Below are positions 1 through 9,992 of a stretch of DNA of 64,000 bases, one piece after another; within the stretch, counting starts at the first letter, position 1, and each line of letters begins with the position of its first letter. Source of the DNA: Candidatus Bathyarchaeia archaeon. GTDB lineage: Archaea > Thermoproteota > Bathyarchaeia > Bathyarchaeales > Bathycorpusculaceae. The DNA is taken from assembly GCA_049512935.1 (NCBI GenBank), contig JBEKWR010000004.1:52808-116807 (forward strand), given 5' to 3'. Both the position numbers and the translations under genes were made by a program. Below the pieces are notes generated by a model. That model did no database searches. It saw only the letters and a list, made by a program, of their open reading frames with translations, and was not told the DNA's origin.

Positions 1-330
1 CATTATCCCGCCTTTCGCGCCTCCGAACGGAATGTTAGCGATGGCGCATTTCCAAGTCATCAGCATCGCCAAAGCGGTGACATCGTCAAGCGTAACGGTG
101 GGGCTGTAGCGGATTCCTCCCTTGAACGGCCCGCGTGCGTCCCAATGCTGGACTCGGACGCCGCTGAAAACCCCGACGACCCCGTTGTCCATGCGGATGT
201 CGATGCTGACGCTGATGGAGCGTTTCGGCAGGCTAAGCATCCTGCAGATGCCAGGGTCTAACTCTAATTTTTTGGTTGCAAGTCTAAGTTGGGATAATGC
301 CACGTTTAATGTTGCATGTTCTTCCGCCAT
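1..330 (-). CDS. gdhA: Glu/Leu/Phe/Val dehydrogenase (glutamate dehydrogenase), N-terminal part; runs off the window edge
   Basis: Manual translation: MAEEHATLN...[17 protein letters not shown]...[20 protein letters not shown]. GPxKGGIR and GGAKGG motifs; not in the ORF track. Confidence 0.9.
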   Translation of the reverse strand, partial: MAEEHATLNVALSQLRLATKKLELDPGICRMLSLPKRSISVSIDIRMDNGVVGVFSGVRVQHWDARGPFKGGIRYSPTVTLDDVTALAMLMTWKCAIANIPFGGAKGGIM

Positions 331-504
331 AAAACCTCGCCTTCTATAAAGAGTGTTAATAAGCAGTGGCTAGATAAGATTTGCCTTCGCTGTTTCTGTG
401 TGTTTAGTTGATGCTTTCGTATACGGGGGTCTTACCGCCATTATTAATCAAAAAGAATTCTTTTGCGGTTTTATTGTTTGAAACAGAATCTAATTAGCGC
501 TAAC

Positions 505-798
505 TTATTTGAGTTTCTTGTCGCCGAATATTTCTAGGAAGCCTTTCATCTTCCAGTAAGTGTCTAAAAACTCTAGCCCGCGAGGGGTAGCAAAGTACAG
601 AGTCTGCTCCTCGACCGCAAGTTTCCTAGCCAAGCCGTAGCTGCTCAGCGCATCCAGCATTTTTCTAAGACGATCCACTGGGACGCCTACGCCGTAGGAG
701 ATGCGGGTGATTTTGCCGCCTTCAGGGTAACGAATGAGAACCTCCAGCACTTGAGCGTACAGGTCGGTTCTCGAACGCTTAGTTTCATGGTCTCTCAT
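505..798 (-). CDS. winged helix-turn-helix protein (archaeal HTH_45/ArsR-like)
   Basis: 97 aa; RSRxD...ITRISYGVG helix-turn-helix and YFATPRG wing signature. Confidence 0.75.
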   Translation of the reverse strand: MRDHETKRSRTDLYAQVLEVLIRYPEGGKITRISYGVGVPVDRLRKMLDALSSYGLARKLAVEEQTLYFATPRGLEFLDTYWKMKGFLEIFGDKKLK

Positions 799-822
799 GC
801 ATGCGCATCTCCCGTAGGTATG

Positions 823-2172
823 TCAAAATGGGGGTTTAGGAAGTGTGTCCACTTTTTTGGGCTCTTCGCTTACCGCTGCGCCAAAATCCATCTTTAACTC
901 TCTGGTGTAAGTTACTTGTTCTGCAGCTGAACCCTGCTCAAGCCTAACCGTATCAGCGAATATCTGCCCGGCCCTGCACATCGGGCCAAGCAACACTTCT
1001 ATCCCATAAACGTCATCAACTCTTGCCATGCCCCCACCCGTCCATAGACCCCTCGCTGCCAATGCCTGATTGAGAAGAGTGGCGTGGTGTTCGATAAGCC
1101 AATTGATTCCCCCACCACCATAACTTAAATCCACGCTTTTCCCAATTTCCACCCGCTCGCCAATCAACACGCCTTCGCATCGGCTGCCGCCCCGTACCGT
1201 CACCAGTTTGGCTTTCAATCCATTTTTTGTTTCTATTTTGCCGCTGATATCTGCCTCTTCTTTGACTGTAATCTTGGTTGCCGTCAATTTGCCGCTGACT
1301 CGTAGCTTTGTACTTTCAAAGTCGCCAGTTACTTCTATCACGCCGTAGCCTTCAAGTTTGTCCGAAACAAAGAGTGACCCCGTCACCTCAAATTTTCCGC
1401 CAACCTCGACATATTCAGCGTGGCAATCGCCGCGTATTTCAATGACGCCGCCTACCTCGATGTGGTCGCAAGTTATGTTTCCTTCGACTTCCAGTTTGCC
1501 GAAGGTTGAAACTTTGCGTCCCTTGCAGCCGTCAGGCAACGAGCCTTTGCCGTAGACTAATAGTTCGCCGAACTCAAGCGGTGATTTGCTGATGAATTTT
1601 CCGCCGACTCGAATGTTGCCCGATATGGATCCGCCGCCCACTTCGACTTCGCCGCCTACATTGAGGTCGCCTAGTTTGACTTTGCCAAGCGCGACTACTT
1701 TTCCGCCTACGTCAACGCTTGAGGCTTCAAACATGTTTTCGATGTCTGCGCGTCCGCCGACTCGGATTCTGCCGCATTTTATGGCGCCTGCTTGTATTCT
1801 TCCGCCCACGTCGATATTTCCGCTGTCTATTAAGCCTGTGACTTTTACTGAGTGGCTGACGTTGAGTTGTTTGTGAACGGTCAAGTTGCCGTTTACCTCG
1901 AGTTTTCCAACATATCGCCCTGTCACGTCTAGCCGTGCGCTTTCAGAATCCCAATCGAACTCTTTGCTTTTTGAAAGGAAAGCCCTTGATTCCAGTATGT
2001 CACATTCAAGATCGCAGTTTACGTATGCTTTGCCTTCCAAGTAGACGCCTCCAGTGACGACGACGTTTTTGCCGTTGCTGGCTTCGATCGTTGCGTTGTT
2101 GCCTATTTGGACTTCGCCGTCTACAATGTCGAGTTTGACGGTTTGTCCGCGTGGGATACGTAAATTCGACAT
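823..2172 (-). CDS. bactofilin-like / polymer-forming cytoskeletal beta-helix repeat protein
   Basis: 449 aa of repeated VGG/VxG beta-helix units (IDVGGRI, IRVGGRA, VDVGGKV, IEVGGVI). Confidence 0.65.
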   Translation of the reverse strand: MSNLRIPRGQTVKLDIVDGEVQIGNNATIEASNGKNVVVTGGVYLEGKAYVNCDLECDILESRAFLSKSKEFDWDSESARLDVTGRYVGKLEVNGNLTVHKQLNVSHSVKVTGLIDSGNIDVGGRIQAGAIKCGRIRVGGRADIENMFEASSVDVGGKVVALGKVKLGDLNVGGEVEVGGGSISGNIRVGGKFISKSPLEFGELLVYGKGSLPDGCKGRKVSTFGKLEVEGNITCDHIEVGGVIEIRGDCHAEYVEVGGKFEVTGSLFVSDKLEGYGVIEVTGDFESTKLRVSGKLTATKITVKEEADISGKIETKNGLKAKLVTVRGGSRCEGVLIGERVEIGKSVDLSYGGGGINWLIEHHATLLNQALAARGLWTGGGMARVDDVYGIEVLLGPMCRAGQIFADTVRLEQGSAAEQVTYTRELKMDFGAAVSEEPKKVDTLPKPPF

Positions 2173-2245
2173 GGTTTTTAGTACTCCTCCAGTGCTTTTA
2201 AGGTTGATTCACATTGCGTTACTGTCGTCATTCTTTGATTCTCCT

Positions 2246-3106
2246 TTACTCTGCTTTCAAAGCTCTCCGCGCAATCAAGTATCCAATCACAGCAAAGACT
2301 ACAGCGAAGACGACTAAATATAGCATGTTTCCAGCAAGCGTTGACAGTTGCCCTGAGGAGGGATTGCCGTTTACTATGAGTAATCTGGCGGTTTCGCAAG
2401 CTTTTGTGATTGGGTTAACTTCAGCTATGCCTTTGAGCCATGATGGGAAATTTCCCAGTGGAAATATGGCGCTGCTTATAAAGATCAAGGGAAAAGCCAG
2501 GAAGTTTACGATCGCAACAAGTGAATCAACTTGTTTTACTGAGTAGGCAAGTGCGGTGAAGAGACAGCCAAATCCAAACGTTAAGAGTCCGAAAGCAGCA
2601 AAGATGCCGACGAGGTTAAGCACTCCGAAGCCCGTGCCAACTTGTAACCCGTTTGGAAGAAGAAAACCGATTATGAATGTTAGCAAAGCTATGAACATGG
2701 CTTTCACAAAGTTCTGCATTACGCCCGAAAAAAATATTGATGCTCTGGATATCGGTGCGCTCAGTAGAGAGTTAAGGTAGCCTAGCTGTCTATCAAGTAC
2801 TAAGTCGATTCCGCCGTAGGCAGCGTTAATTATAACTACGAACGAGATTACGCCCGCTGTGAGGAACGTTATGTAGTTTGCTGCACCGCCGAACACTGAA
2901 GTTATGGCGGCCCTTATCTGTTCAAGCAAAACAGGCGACAACGCGGTGCCACCGATTTGTGAGGGAACAAGATTGACGGGGTTAAATGAACTTCCAAAAA
3001 GCACTAGCCAAAAGACAGCCATGAATAATCCAGGCATCATGGCGGCGGGGTTTCGTATCCATTTTTTTAGGAAACGATTTGTCAAAGCTATAGTGTCGCC
3101 GAACAT
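2246..3106 (-). CDS. ABC-2 type transporter permease (DrrB-like)
   Basis: About 6 hydrophobic segments, DRQLGYL/APISR motif, NPIT motif; coupled to the upstream ATPase. Confidence 0.9.
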   Translation of the reverse strand: MFGDTIALTNRFLKKWIRNPAAMMPGLFMAVFWLVLFGSSFNPVNLVPSQIGGTALSPVLLEQIRAAITSVFGGAANYITFLTAGVISFVVIINAAYGGIDLVLDRQLGYLNSLLSAPISRASIFFSGVMQNFVKAMFIALLTFIIGFLLPNGLQVGTGFGVLNLVGIFAAFGLLTFGFGCLFTALAYSVKQVDSLVAIVNFLAFPLIFISSAIFPLGNFPSWLKGIAEVNPITKACETARLLIVNGNPSSGQLSTLAGNMLYLVVFAVVFAVIGYLIARRALKAE

Positions 3107-3107
3107 T

Positions 3108-4103
3108 TTACTTCATCCTCTCAATCAGAACCCGCTGTCCAAACGAATCGCCGTTTCTTCCTGCGTCTCGCATTGTGTTGCCTGTGATTTGCAGGAAGAC
3201 CTGGTTAAGTGTCGGTTTAGCCAATGTTATATCGGAGATTTTGAGCCCTTTCTTGGTTATGGCTTCAACTATCGCCGGTAGCGCCGTCTCCGTTCTGGTG
3301 AGCTTAAGGTGGTAAATTTCTCCTTGTTTCGCTACTTCGGCAACGTCTTGGATTCCTCTGAGCATCGCGGATACGTCAGCGCCGTCCGTAAGCTGCAAAG
3401 TCAAGACTGTTCCGGCAAGTTTGCTTTTAAGCTCTGAAGGAGAACCCGACACTTTGATTACCCCGCTGTCGATTATTGCGACTCTGTCACAAAGAGAGTC
3501 GGCTTCTTCCAAGTAATGTGTCGTCATGAATACGGTGATCCCGCCTTCACGGTTAAGTCGTCGAATGTAAGCCCACATGTTCTGCCTCGTTTGGATGTCC
3601 AACCCCAATGTCGGCTCGTCTAAAAACAGGATTTTCGGCTCATGAATCAAACCCATGGCCAACTGTAGTCGTCTGCGCATGCCGCCCGAGTAGGTTTTAA
3701 CCTGTCTTTGCTCAGCACTTTCGAGCTCCAAAAGCTTCAGCAAATCCTGTGCCTTCTTGCGGGCGGTATCGTTCGGGACATGGTGGAGCTTGGCTGAGAG
3801 AAGCAGGTTTTCTATGCCCTTGAGTTCATCGTCTGCCGTAAGTTCCTGCGGCACAATGCCTATGGTCTTGCGGACTTCTGCTGGCTTACTGTTTACATCG
3901 TATCCAGCAACGGTTGCTTTTCCCGAAGTTATCGCCGCCAAAGTCGTCAGCATCTTGATTGTCGTGGTTTTTCCCGCGCCGTTAGGTCCAAGGAAACCGA
4001 ACAGTTCCCCCTCTTCAACCGAGAAGGAAATGTCGTCCACGGCTTTGACCGATTTCTTGTAGATTTTGGTGAGGCCCTCAGCCTCGATTATCTTATTTTT
4101 CAT
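3108..4103 (-). CDS. ABC transporter ATP-binding protein (DrrA-like)
   Basis: Walker A GPNGAGKTT, signature YSGGM, Walker B LFLDEPT, H-loop TTHY. Confidence 0.95.
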   Translation of the reverse strand: MKNKIIEAEGLTKIYKKSVKAVDDISFSVEEGELFGFLGPNGAGKTTTIKMLTTLAAITSGKATVAGYDVNSKPAEVRKTIGIVPQELTADDELKGIENLLLSAKLHHVPNDTARKKAQDLLKLLELESAEQRQVKTYSGGMRRRLQLAMGLIHEPKILFLDEPTLGLDIQTRQNMWAYIRRLNREGGITVFMTTHYLEEADSLCDRVAIIDSGVIKVSGSPSELKSKLAGTVLTLQLTDGADVSAMLRGIQDVAEVAKQGEIYHLKLTRTETALPAIVEAITKKGLKISDITLAKPTLNQVFLQITGNTMRDAGRNGDSFGQRVLIERMK

Positions 4104-4216
4104 CCGATTCACTTCTTTCAGGGTAAATCGGCGAATTTCAATAAATAGTCAGTTCACACACGGTAAACACAGCGAGTACACACAACAAGTTAGTAATGTT
4201 AAAAAAGCGAAGAGCG

Positions 4217-4555
4217 TTAGAATTTCTCAAGGTATTCTTCGAATTGTTTTCTGTCTCTGAGGCATTGGGGGCAAACGCAGCTGAGCGGGAGGTTCTTGGT
4301 GGTGCATAACTCGCCGTATTTGCAGTCGGCGCATGGGAACTCTTTTCCGCATCGGGTGCAGCTTTGCAGGAAAACCACTTCCGTGTCCAGTATGCCCGTG
4401 AGCGTATCCATGAGCTTCTCGATGTTGTTGCAGTTTTTTACTGAGAAGACGCCTAGCTCCCTGTTGTAATCTAAACCGAGATTCATTAGAAGGACGAATT
4501 TTTCCCTCTCGACCCTTGGAAGCTTGAAAGCCTTCGGGTTTAAAACTGCCACCAT
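4217..4555 (-). CDS. hypothetical protein with Cys-rich (Zn-binding) C-terminus
   Basis: CTRC..CADC..C..CVCPQC; 15 bp downstream of rfcL on the same strand. Confidence 0.7.
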   Translation of the reverse strand: MVAVLNPKAFKLPRVEREKFVLLMNLGLDYNRELGVFSVKNCNNIEKLMDTLTGILDTEVVFLQSCTRCGKEFPCADCKYGELCTTKNLPLSCVCPQCLRDRKQFEEYLEKF

Positions 4556-4570
4556 CCCAACGTTTCCTCC

Positions 4571-5812
4571 CTAGTACCTGCTCATTTTAGCGAGGAAATC
4601 AGCCTCTTCAGGCGTGAACTTAAACCAAGAAGCCAGCTGGCTTGATTTTTTCTGTTGAAGCAAAGTTTTGACGTAGGGTACGAAGTCGTGTTTGGCTTTT
4701 TCGTGGGAAACGTGGCATTGAGCTCCTATCTTGCCGCAGATGGCGTCCAGCGTTGATCTTTTGCCCTTTGTCCAGAACAGCGTGATGATGCGAATGGGCG
4801 GCGTGATGAATTCGAAGGGAAGGTAAGATTCTGGCGCAACTGAAGCGGCTTGGGACATGGAGTTGTAGAAGTACTTTAGGAGATGCCAGTTTTCCGTTCC
4901 GATCCTTCCGCGGTACATGTCGGCTTGCGAGACGAAATCGTAGGCTGCGGCAAGCTCCTCTGGGTTGGTGTACCGTTTGGGTAGGTTGTCGCTTACCGAC
5001 ATAAGGAGCTCGTCGTAGTCAACGTTTGAGCGGCTAAGCAAGGCTGATGCTTCAGCGATGGATTTCGCCGAAAAGAACCCTCGGAGCGTTTCGTCCATGC
5101 TGATGTCCTTGTTTCTTGAGCTCAAAGTCATGGTGTCCTGAAGGGTTAGGACGCGGTTTTGTTCGCTTAGGCTTTGAAGGTCATTTATGGCTGACCGAAC
5201 GTCGCCCCTGCTGTTTTGTGCAATGTGTTCAAGTGCTTCAAACTCGGCTTTCACATGTTCCAGCAGGCAGATTCTCTGGAGCAAGGCGATGAGAAGCGGT
5301 ATTCTTATCTGCTGAAACCGTATGAGCAAGCAAACCTTCTTGAGCGGTCTAAGCTTGTCTATGTCAGGGTCGTTTGCCGCCATGATGACTGGGACTTGGG
5401 ATTTCTCAACGATTTCTATTATGGCGCTTACTCCGCCCCTGTCCTCGTTGCCTGCTATGCCGTCGACCTCGTCGAGGAAGAGAATGTTGCCTTTGCTCTG
5501 TGTTGATGTTGAGAAAGCGTCTAAGGCGACGTATGAAGTTGCGGGTTTCGCAACGGCATTTATGGCTTTTTCTGACCGCGTGTCGCTGGCGTTCATTTCG
5601 ATGATGGTGAACCCGTACTCTTTCGCGGCGGCGTTAGCCAGCGCAGTTTTTCCCACGCCCGGCGGCCCGTAAAGCAGCACTGCTTTTTTTGTTTTGCTTT
5701 TGCGTTTGCCTCTGAGCCACTCGACAAACGTGGCTTTCGCTTCTTCGTTGCCGACTATGTCCTCTATCTTTTTTGGACGGTACTTTTCAACCCACAAAAG
5801 GTCATTTCGCAT
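4571..5812 (-). CDS. rfcL: replication factor C large subunit
   Basis: WVEKYRP, GPPGVGKT, EMNASD, DEVD, GDVRSAINDLQ; overlaps rfcS. Confidence 0.93.
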   Translation of the reverse strand: MRNDLLWVEKYRPKKIEDIVGNEEAKATFVEWLRGKRKSKTKKAVLLYGPPGVGKTALANAAAKEYGFTIIEMNASDTRSEKAINAVAKPATSYVALDAFSTSTQSKGNILFLDEVDGIAGNEDRGGVSAIIEIVEKSQVPVIMAANDPDIDKLRPLKKVCLLIRFQQIRIPLLIALLQRICLLEHVKAEFEALEHIAQNSRGDVRSAINDLQSLSEQNRVLTLQDTMTLSSRNKDISMDETLRGFFSAKSIAEASALLSRSNVDYDELLMSVSDNLPKRYTNPEELAAAYDFVSQADMYRGRIGTENWHLLKYFYNSMSQAASVAPESYLPFEFITPPIRIITLFWTKGKRSTLDAICGKIGAQCHVSHEKAKHDFVPYVKTLLQQKKSSQLASWFKFTPEEADFLAKMSRY

Positions 5813-6806
5813 AAGTTTCCTCTATGCCTCTGCCGAACTTCGCGAACTGGGCAAGCAACGCGCTCAGCTGGATGTCGCTGTTTGCGCCCTGAGTTAATCG
5901 GTAATCGTACTCGCCGATCAGGTTTGAAAGCTCCGCCTTTTGCTCGGGCGTCAAGTCTGACATCTTGAAGATTTCCCGCTGGATTTGCCGTATTATTTCG
6001 GATCCTGAGAAGCCGTATGAACCCATTATCTCGTACATCTTTTTTCTTGCCTCCATGAAGTCGCCGAACAACGCTTTCCTAATCATCTGTTGCACCTGCA
6101 TGGGGCTGGCTTCCCCTATTACCAGCAGAACCGTTTTCTCGTCAACCAACCCTTCCTTGTAGGCTGAAGCCGTCTGTAAAGCGTTGATGGCGTGTCTCAA
6201 GTCGCCTTCAGCGTAATCCACTAATCTCTCAGCCGCTGCCTGCTCCAGCCTAACGTTCTCCTGCTTGGACATCCACTGAAGATGATCAATCATCGCTTGC
6301 CTGTCAAGCCTTGAAAAGCGGTAGATGGCGCATCGGCTCTGAATCGGCTCAATTATCTTGCTTGACTGGTTACAAATCAAAATGAACCTTGATGTGCGGG
6401 AACCCGTTTCCATTATCCTTCTCAACGCTGTCTGTGCGGGGCCCGTCATTTGGTCGCACTCGTCTAGAACAATCAGGGAGAAGGGCACGTTTTCGAAGCC
6501 TGCGCGGCTGTAACGTGAGAAGTCTTTTATTCTTTCGCGGACGGTGTCGATGCCTCTTTCGTCGGACGCGTTTAGCTCCAACGTGAAGTTTTTCCAGTTT
6601 GCGCCGAAAAGCTCATGTGCGATGCATAGGGCGAGCGTGGTTTTTCCCGTGCCTGGTATGCCTGCGAACATCAGGTGCGGCATGGTTTTGGGGTTTTTCA
6701 TGAAGGCTTTGAGGCTTTCGACGATGTCGCGTAAGTCTACGACTTCGTTGAGGTTTTTCGGTCGGTACTTTTCGACCCACATAAGTGCTTCTTCGTTAGC
6801 TGCCAT
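5802..6806 (-). CDS. rfcS: replication factor C small subunit
   Basis: WVEKYRP, GIPGTGKT, ELNASDERGID, DECD, SRC motif (IQSRC). Confidence 0.95.
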   Translation of the reverse strand: MAANEEALMWVEKYRPKNLNEVVDLRDIVESLKAFMKNPKTMPHLMFAGIPGTGKTTLALCIAHELFGANWKNFTLELNASDERGIDTVRERIKDFSRYSRAGFENVPFSLIVLDECDQMTGPAQTALRRIMETGSRTSRFILICNQSSKIIEPIQSRCAIYRFSRLDRQAMIDHLQWMSKQENVRLEQAAAERLVDYAEGDLRHAINALQTASAYKEGLVDEKTVLLVIGEASPMQVQQMIRKALFGDFMEARKKMYEIMGSYGFSGSEIIRQIQREIFKMSDLTPEQKAELSNLIGEYDYRLTQGANSDIQLSALLAQFAKFGRGIEETYAK

Positions 6807-7048
6807 TAACTAAACACCTTTCACAACAAATTATCCAATAACGAGTTGGGATTTACCCATTTAAGTTTTCCCCAGTAGCCCATTTTTTTCTTCAGTTGGC
6901 TTTTGCTGTTTTGGTTTTTTTTGGGTTGGTTTTTGTTTGCAATATTTTTTAAGTTGCGACTTTTGCTACGGTAAAGTTGCTACTTTCGCGGGTGGCAGGT
7001 TGCGTTCCCTGTTGCTTTTTTGGTTTGGGGTTTGAGGCTGTTTGAACG

Positions 7049-7121
7049 TTGCGACTTTGGGATGGGCGGAATGCGACTTTCAATGTTGACTCCATGTAGG
7101 CGGCATTGTCGGATATGGGCG
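7049..7121 (+). repeat. dispersed intergenic repeat, copy 1 (partner at 46759-46831)
   Basis: 64/73 nt identical to 46759-46831 by manual ungapped alignment. Confidence 0.85.
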
Positions 7122-7266
7122 CTACGGGTTTTTCTGTGGATCAGGTTGCACCTTGCTGTCGCTGAAAGAGTGGGCGCACAAGAAACAGTCTCAAACGACA
7201 AAGACTTTGACAAGACAGAAATAAAAAGAACAATGTAACCGAATCAAACTCAGATTGGTGGCGGGA

Positions 7267-7302
7267 CTGCCCGTCCCCATACCCAAACGTGTTCAAAACC
7301 TT
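7267..7302 (+). repeat. 36-bp direct repeat, copy 1 (left edge of AT-rich island)
   Basis: CTGCCCGTCCCCATACCCAAACGTGTTCAAAACCTT; 33/36 identical to 17009-17044. Confidence 0.85.
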
Positions 7303-7529
7303 GAGCTATTAACAATAGGAGAGAGCGCGCGAGCATCAATTTACCAATAAAAACTGCTAGAAAAAGCCGTTGAATGCAAAGCACGCCTCACGAAGATCAA
7401 GCAATGAGGCAAAGATTTAGATGCCCTCCTTAACATTAGGTCAGCGCACAAATCGTCTATACACAAACAAATAAGAGGAATCAGTTCAGGGGGATTCTTC
7501 GTGATAAAGATCTAGCGTGCGCTGGCATC

Positions 7530-8540
7530 TCAAAAAGTCTCCTTCTTTCCTGAAAGGAAGTCACAATTAATTGAAAAGCCTTTGTTAGCTGAATCTATCA
7601 TTGCTTCAGCGATTTTGACGGCTTCAACTGCTTCTTCTGGAGGAATCCTGTTTGGTTGTTCATTTTTCTCTATGCATCCGGCAAAGTACTCGAGTTCACT
7701 TCTCAGGGCACCACTGAGATTGTCATTGATATGTGCCTCCATGTGGAAGTCGAAGTAAGACATTTGTGAGTTTGACCATATTTCGATATCTGGAAAGTGC
7801 CTAACAAATGCTGTTTCGTTAGTTCCAATAATCTCAACTTCGTAATCATTTTTAAATGGAGAATTCTCGGGAAGATGAGAAACGTTTTCGAAGAAGCCTA
7901 CTGCCCCAGTGTCTAAAACCAACATAGCCCATGTTGCGTCTGGCATCATTCGTCTAAGGAAAAATGATTGCCTAGCGTGGATTTTAACCACTTTTCCACC
8001 TATTAACCAGTTAAATAGGTCAATGTCATGTATCGTCGAACTAAGAAAAGGATGCACTTCTGAATACTTTTCAAAGGTTGAGGGCTTGTAATTTCTGCGT
8101 GCGTAGAAAGAAACAATTTCTCCAAAGGTGCCGGTTTCAATCTCTTGTTTGATTTGCGCATATCTATTATCAAATCTGAGGGTATGCCCTACCATTAGCA
8201 AAAGACCACTTGTTTTCGAAAGCATAAGCAGTTCCTCAGCTTCTTTTGAAGAAACGGCAAGTGGTTTTTCCACGATAACATGTTTGCCCGCGGTCAAAGC
8301 CTCCTTTACTAGGGCATAATGGCTTTTTTCATTAACAACAATATCCACTGCTTGAATGTTACTTTTCTGTAAAATCTCCTTATAATCGGTGTACTTCTCT
8401 ATTTCCTCTTTTTCAAAAGCGTCGAGTTTTGATTTATCAGAATCGCATACTGCGTAGAGGTCGACTCCTCGCATATTCAAAAAATTATTCGCATGTAACT
8501 TACCAAAGTTGCCTAAACCAATCACGGCAATTTTTATCAA
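7530..8540 (-). CDS. Gfo/Idh/MocA family oxidoreductase
   Basis: GLGNFG Rossmann motif, HVIVEKP, GHTLRF, IHDID. Confidence 0.92.
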   Translation of the reverse strand: MIKIAVIGLGNFGKLHANNFLNMRGVDLYAVCDSDKSKLDAFEKEEIEKYTDYKEILQKSNIQAVDIVVNEKSHYALVKEALTAGKHVIVEKPLAVSSKEAEELLMLSKTSGLLLMVGHTLRFDNRYAQIKQEIETGTFGEIVSFYARRNYKPSTFEKYSEVHPFLSSTIHDIDLFNWLIGGKVVKIHARQSFFLRRMMPDATWAMLVLDTGAVGFFENVSHLPENSPFKNDYEVEIIGTNETAFVRHFPDIEIWSNSQMSYFDFHMEAHINDNLSGALRSELEYFAGCIEKNEQPNRIPPEEAVEAVKIAEAMIDSANKGFSINCDFLSGKKETF

Positions 8541-8879
8541 TTAGGTCCCTTTACTGCAAACGTTCGTTTCCTAATAAATATCTTTACGCAGCTGGAAGTT
8601 AGGATAGTTTGAACTTCATGAATAACAAAAACATAAAGTCTATTTTAATGGATTTTCAGGTTTATGTTTTTGACTAAACCGTATGACTTTTGAAATCGAC
8701 TTTGAGAGGCAATAGACAACTTATACAGTGTCTTTTTGCTCAAACTTGCTAAACATATGTATTTTTGCAAACTTTTGACAATCTGAAGTTGCTAACCCCA
8801 TGCGTACACTTTTCAATATCGCTGAACTTGAGAAAAGCTCAAATTGACTTTTCGAGAATTAGTTAATTACTCTTGATTC

Positions 8880-9746
8880 TTATACTATTGAAATAAGGGC
8901 TAAACCCGCTAAAATAGCAACTACTCCAATTTTTTGATTGTTCACCACTCTCTCTTTCAGAAATAAATATGCAAGCAAAATTGTTACAGCCGGATACGTA
9001 GCTGCCACAGGACTTACTATGGATACAAATTCTGTCGTTATTCCAACATTATAAGCTGCGAATCCAAAAGTGTCAAGAGCACTGACAATGATTAAGAACA
9101 GAAATACCAGTTTCGTCGGGCGTGAAATTTTTTTTCCTGAAAATCCAACCCACGAAAACAAACTTAGTGTCCCTACAGCCCGAAGAAGGAATAGCGCCAT
9201 AATTGGTCCAGCTGTACTGACTACAGGTTTAATTACTGCGTAGGCAATTCCCCAGGCAATCATCGATATTATGCCATCCATAATCCCGTTGTACCTCACA
9301 TGTTTTATGCTCTTTTTTAACTCGGCTAAATTTGTGGATGTAAGAAAGACGCCAACAAAAATAACTATGATGCCGATGATTTGTAACAACGTTAGTTCTT
9401 CTTTAAAAAGAAAAATTGCTAACAATGTTGTTATGACTGCCCAACTTGCAGAAATAGGAGAAACAACCGATACTTTGCCTTTTTGAAACCCCCTGTATAA
9501 AAAAATATAGCCGATAATTCCTAAAACGCCTGCGACCACTGTGATCGACACTAAACCAATTGTTATTGGTGGTATTTTGGAAAATAAAACTGCAAAAACG
9601 AGAATTGGCCCTAAGGAAGCGGACAGATTAAACACGAGGGTGGTAGTGCAACCTATTTTGTCAATTACTTTCTTCGCAAAAAAATCAGCTGTTCCCCAAC
9701 TCAGCATAGAGACAATTGCGAACAGAATCCCTATCTCTAAAGTCAA
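8880..9746 (-). CDS. EamA/DMT family transporter
   Basis: About 10 TM segments in two repeats; SVVSPI..FLFKEEL and IVSPV..LFLKER. Confidence 0.9.
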   Translation of the reverse strand: MTLEIGILFAIVSMLSWGTADFFAKKVIDKIGCTTTLVFNLSASLGPILVFAVLFSKIPPITIGLVSITVVAGVLGIIGYIFLYRGFQKGKVSVVSPISASWAVITTLLAIFLFKEELTLLQIIGIIVIFVGVFLTSTNLAELKKSIKHVRYNGIMDGIISMIAWGIAYAVIKPVVSTAGPIMALFLLRAVGTLSLFSWVGFSGKKISRPTKLVFLFLIIVSALDTFGFAAYNVGITTEFVSIVSPVAATYPAVTILLAYLFLKERVVNNQKIGVVAILAGLALISIV

Positions 9747-9992
9747 GTTTCAGTTGCACCTGTTCTAATCAACTATCAAATGATGGACTTTGAATATAAA
9801 TTCTGTTGATTCCTTTATCCCTGATACTTCCTCGCGCGCTAATTGTTAACAAGCTATGAAAAAGCTAGTGATCAGAATTTTTCGAAGGAGAATGAGCACA
9901 TCTGGGCAGAGCTGGTCTTACCAGATGACAGACGAATAGCAAAATGATAGAAATCTACGTGGGTTTTAAAAATTAACCAGAGTTATAGTAGA

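Noticed and set aside
6807-7260. Replication origin next to rfcS, or ORFs 6980-7213 / 7020-7238 as genes
   Set aside because: No ORB-like boxes or cdc6 seen; the ORFs overlap the non-coding repeat and look unprotein-like.
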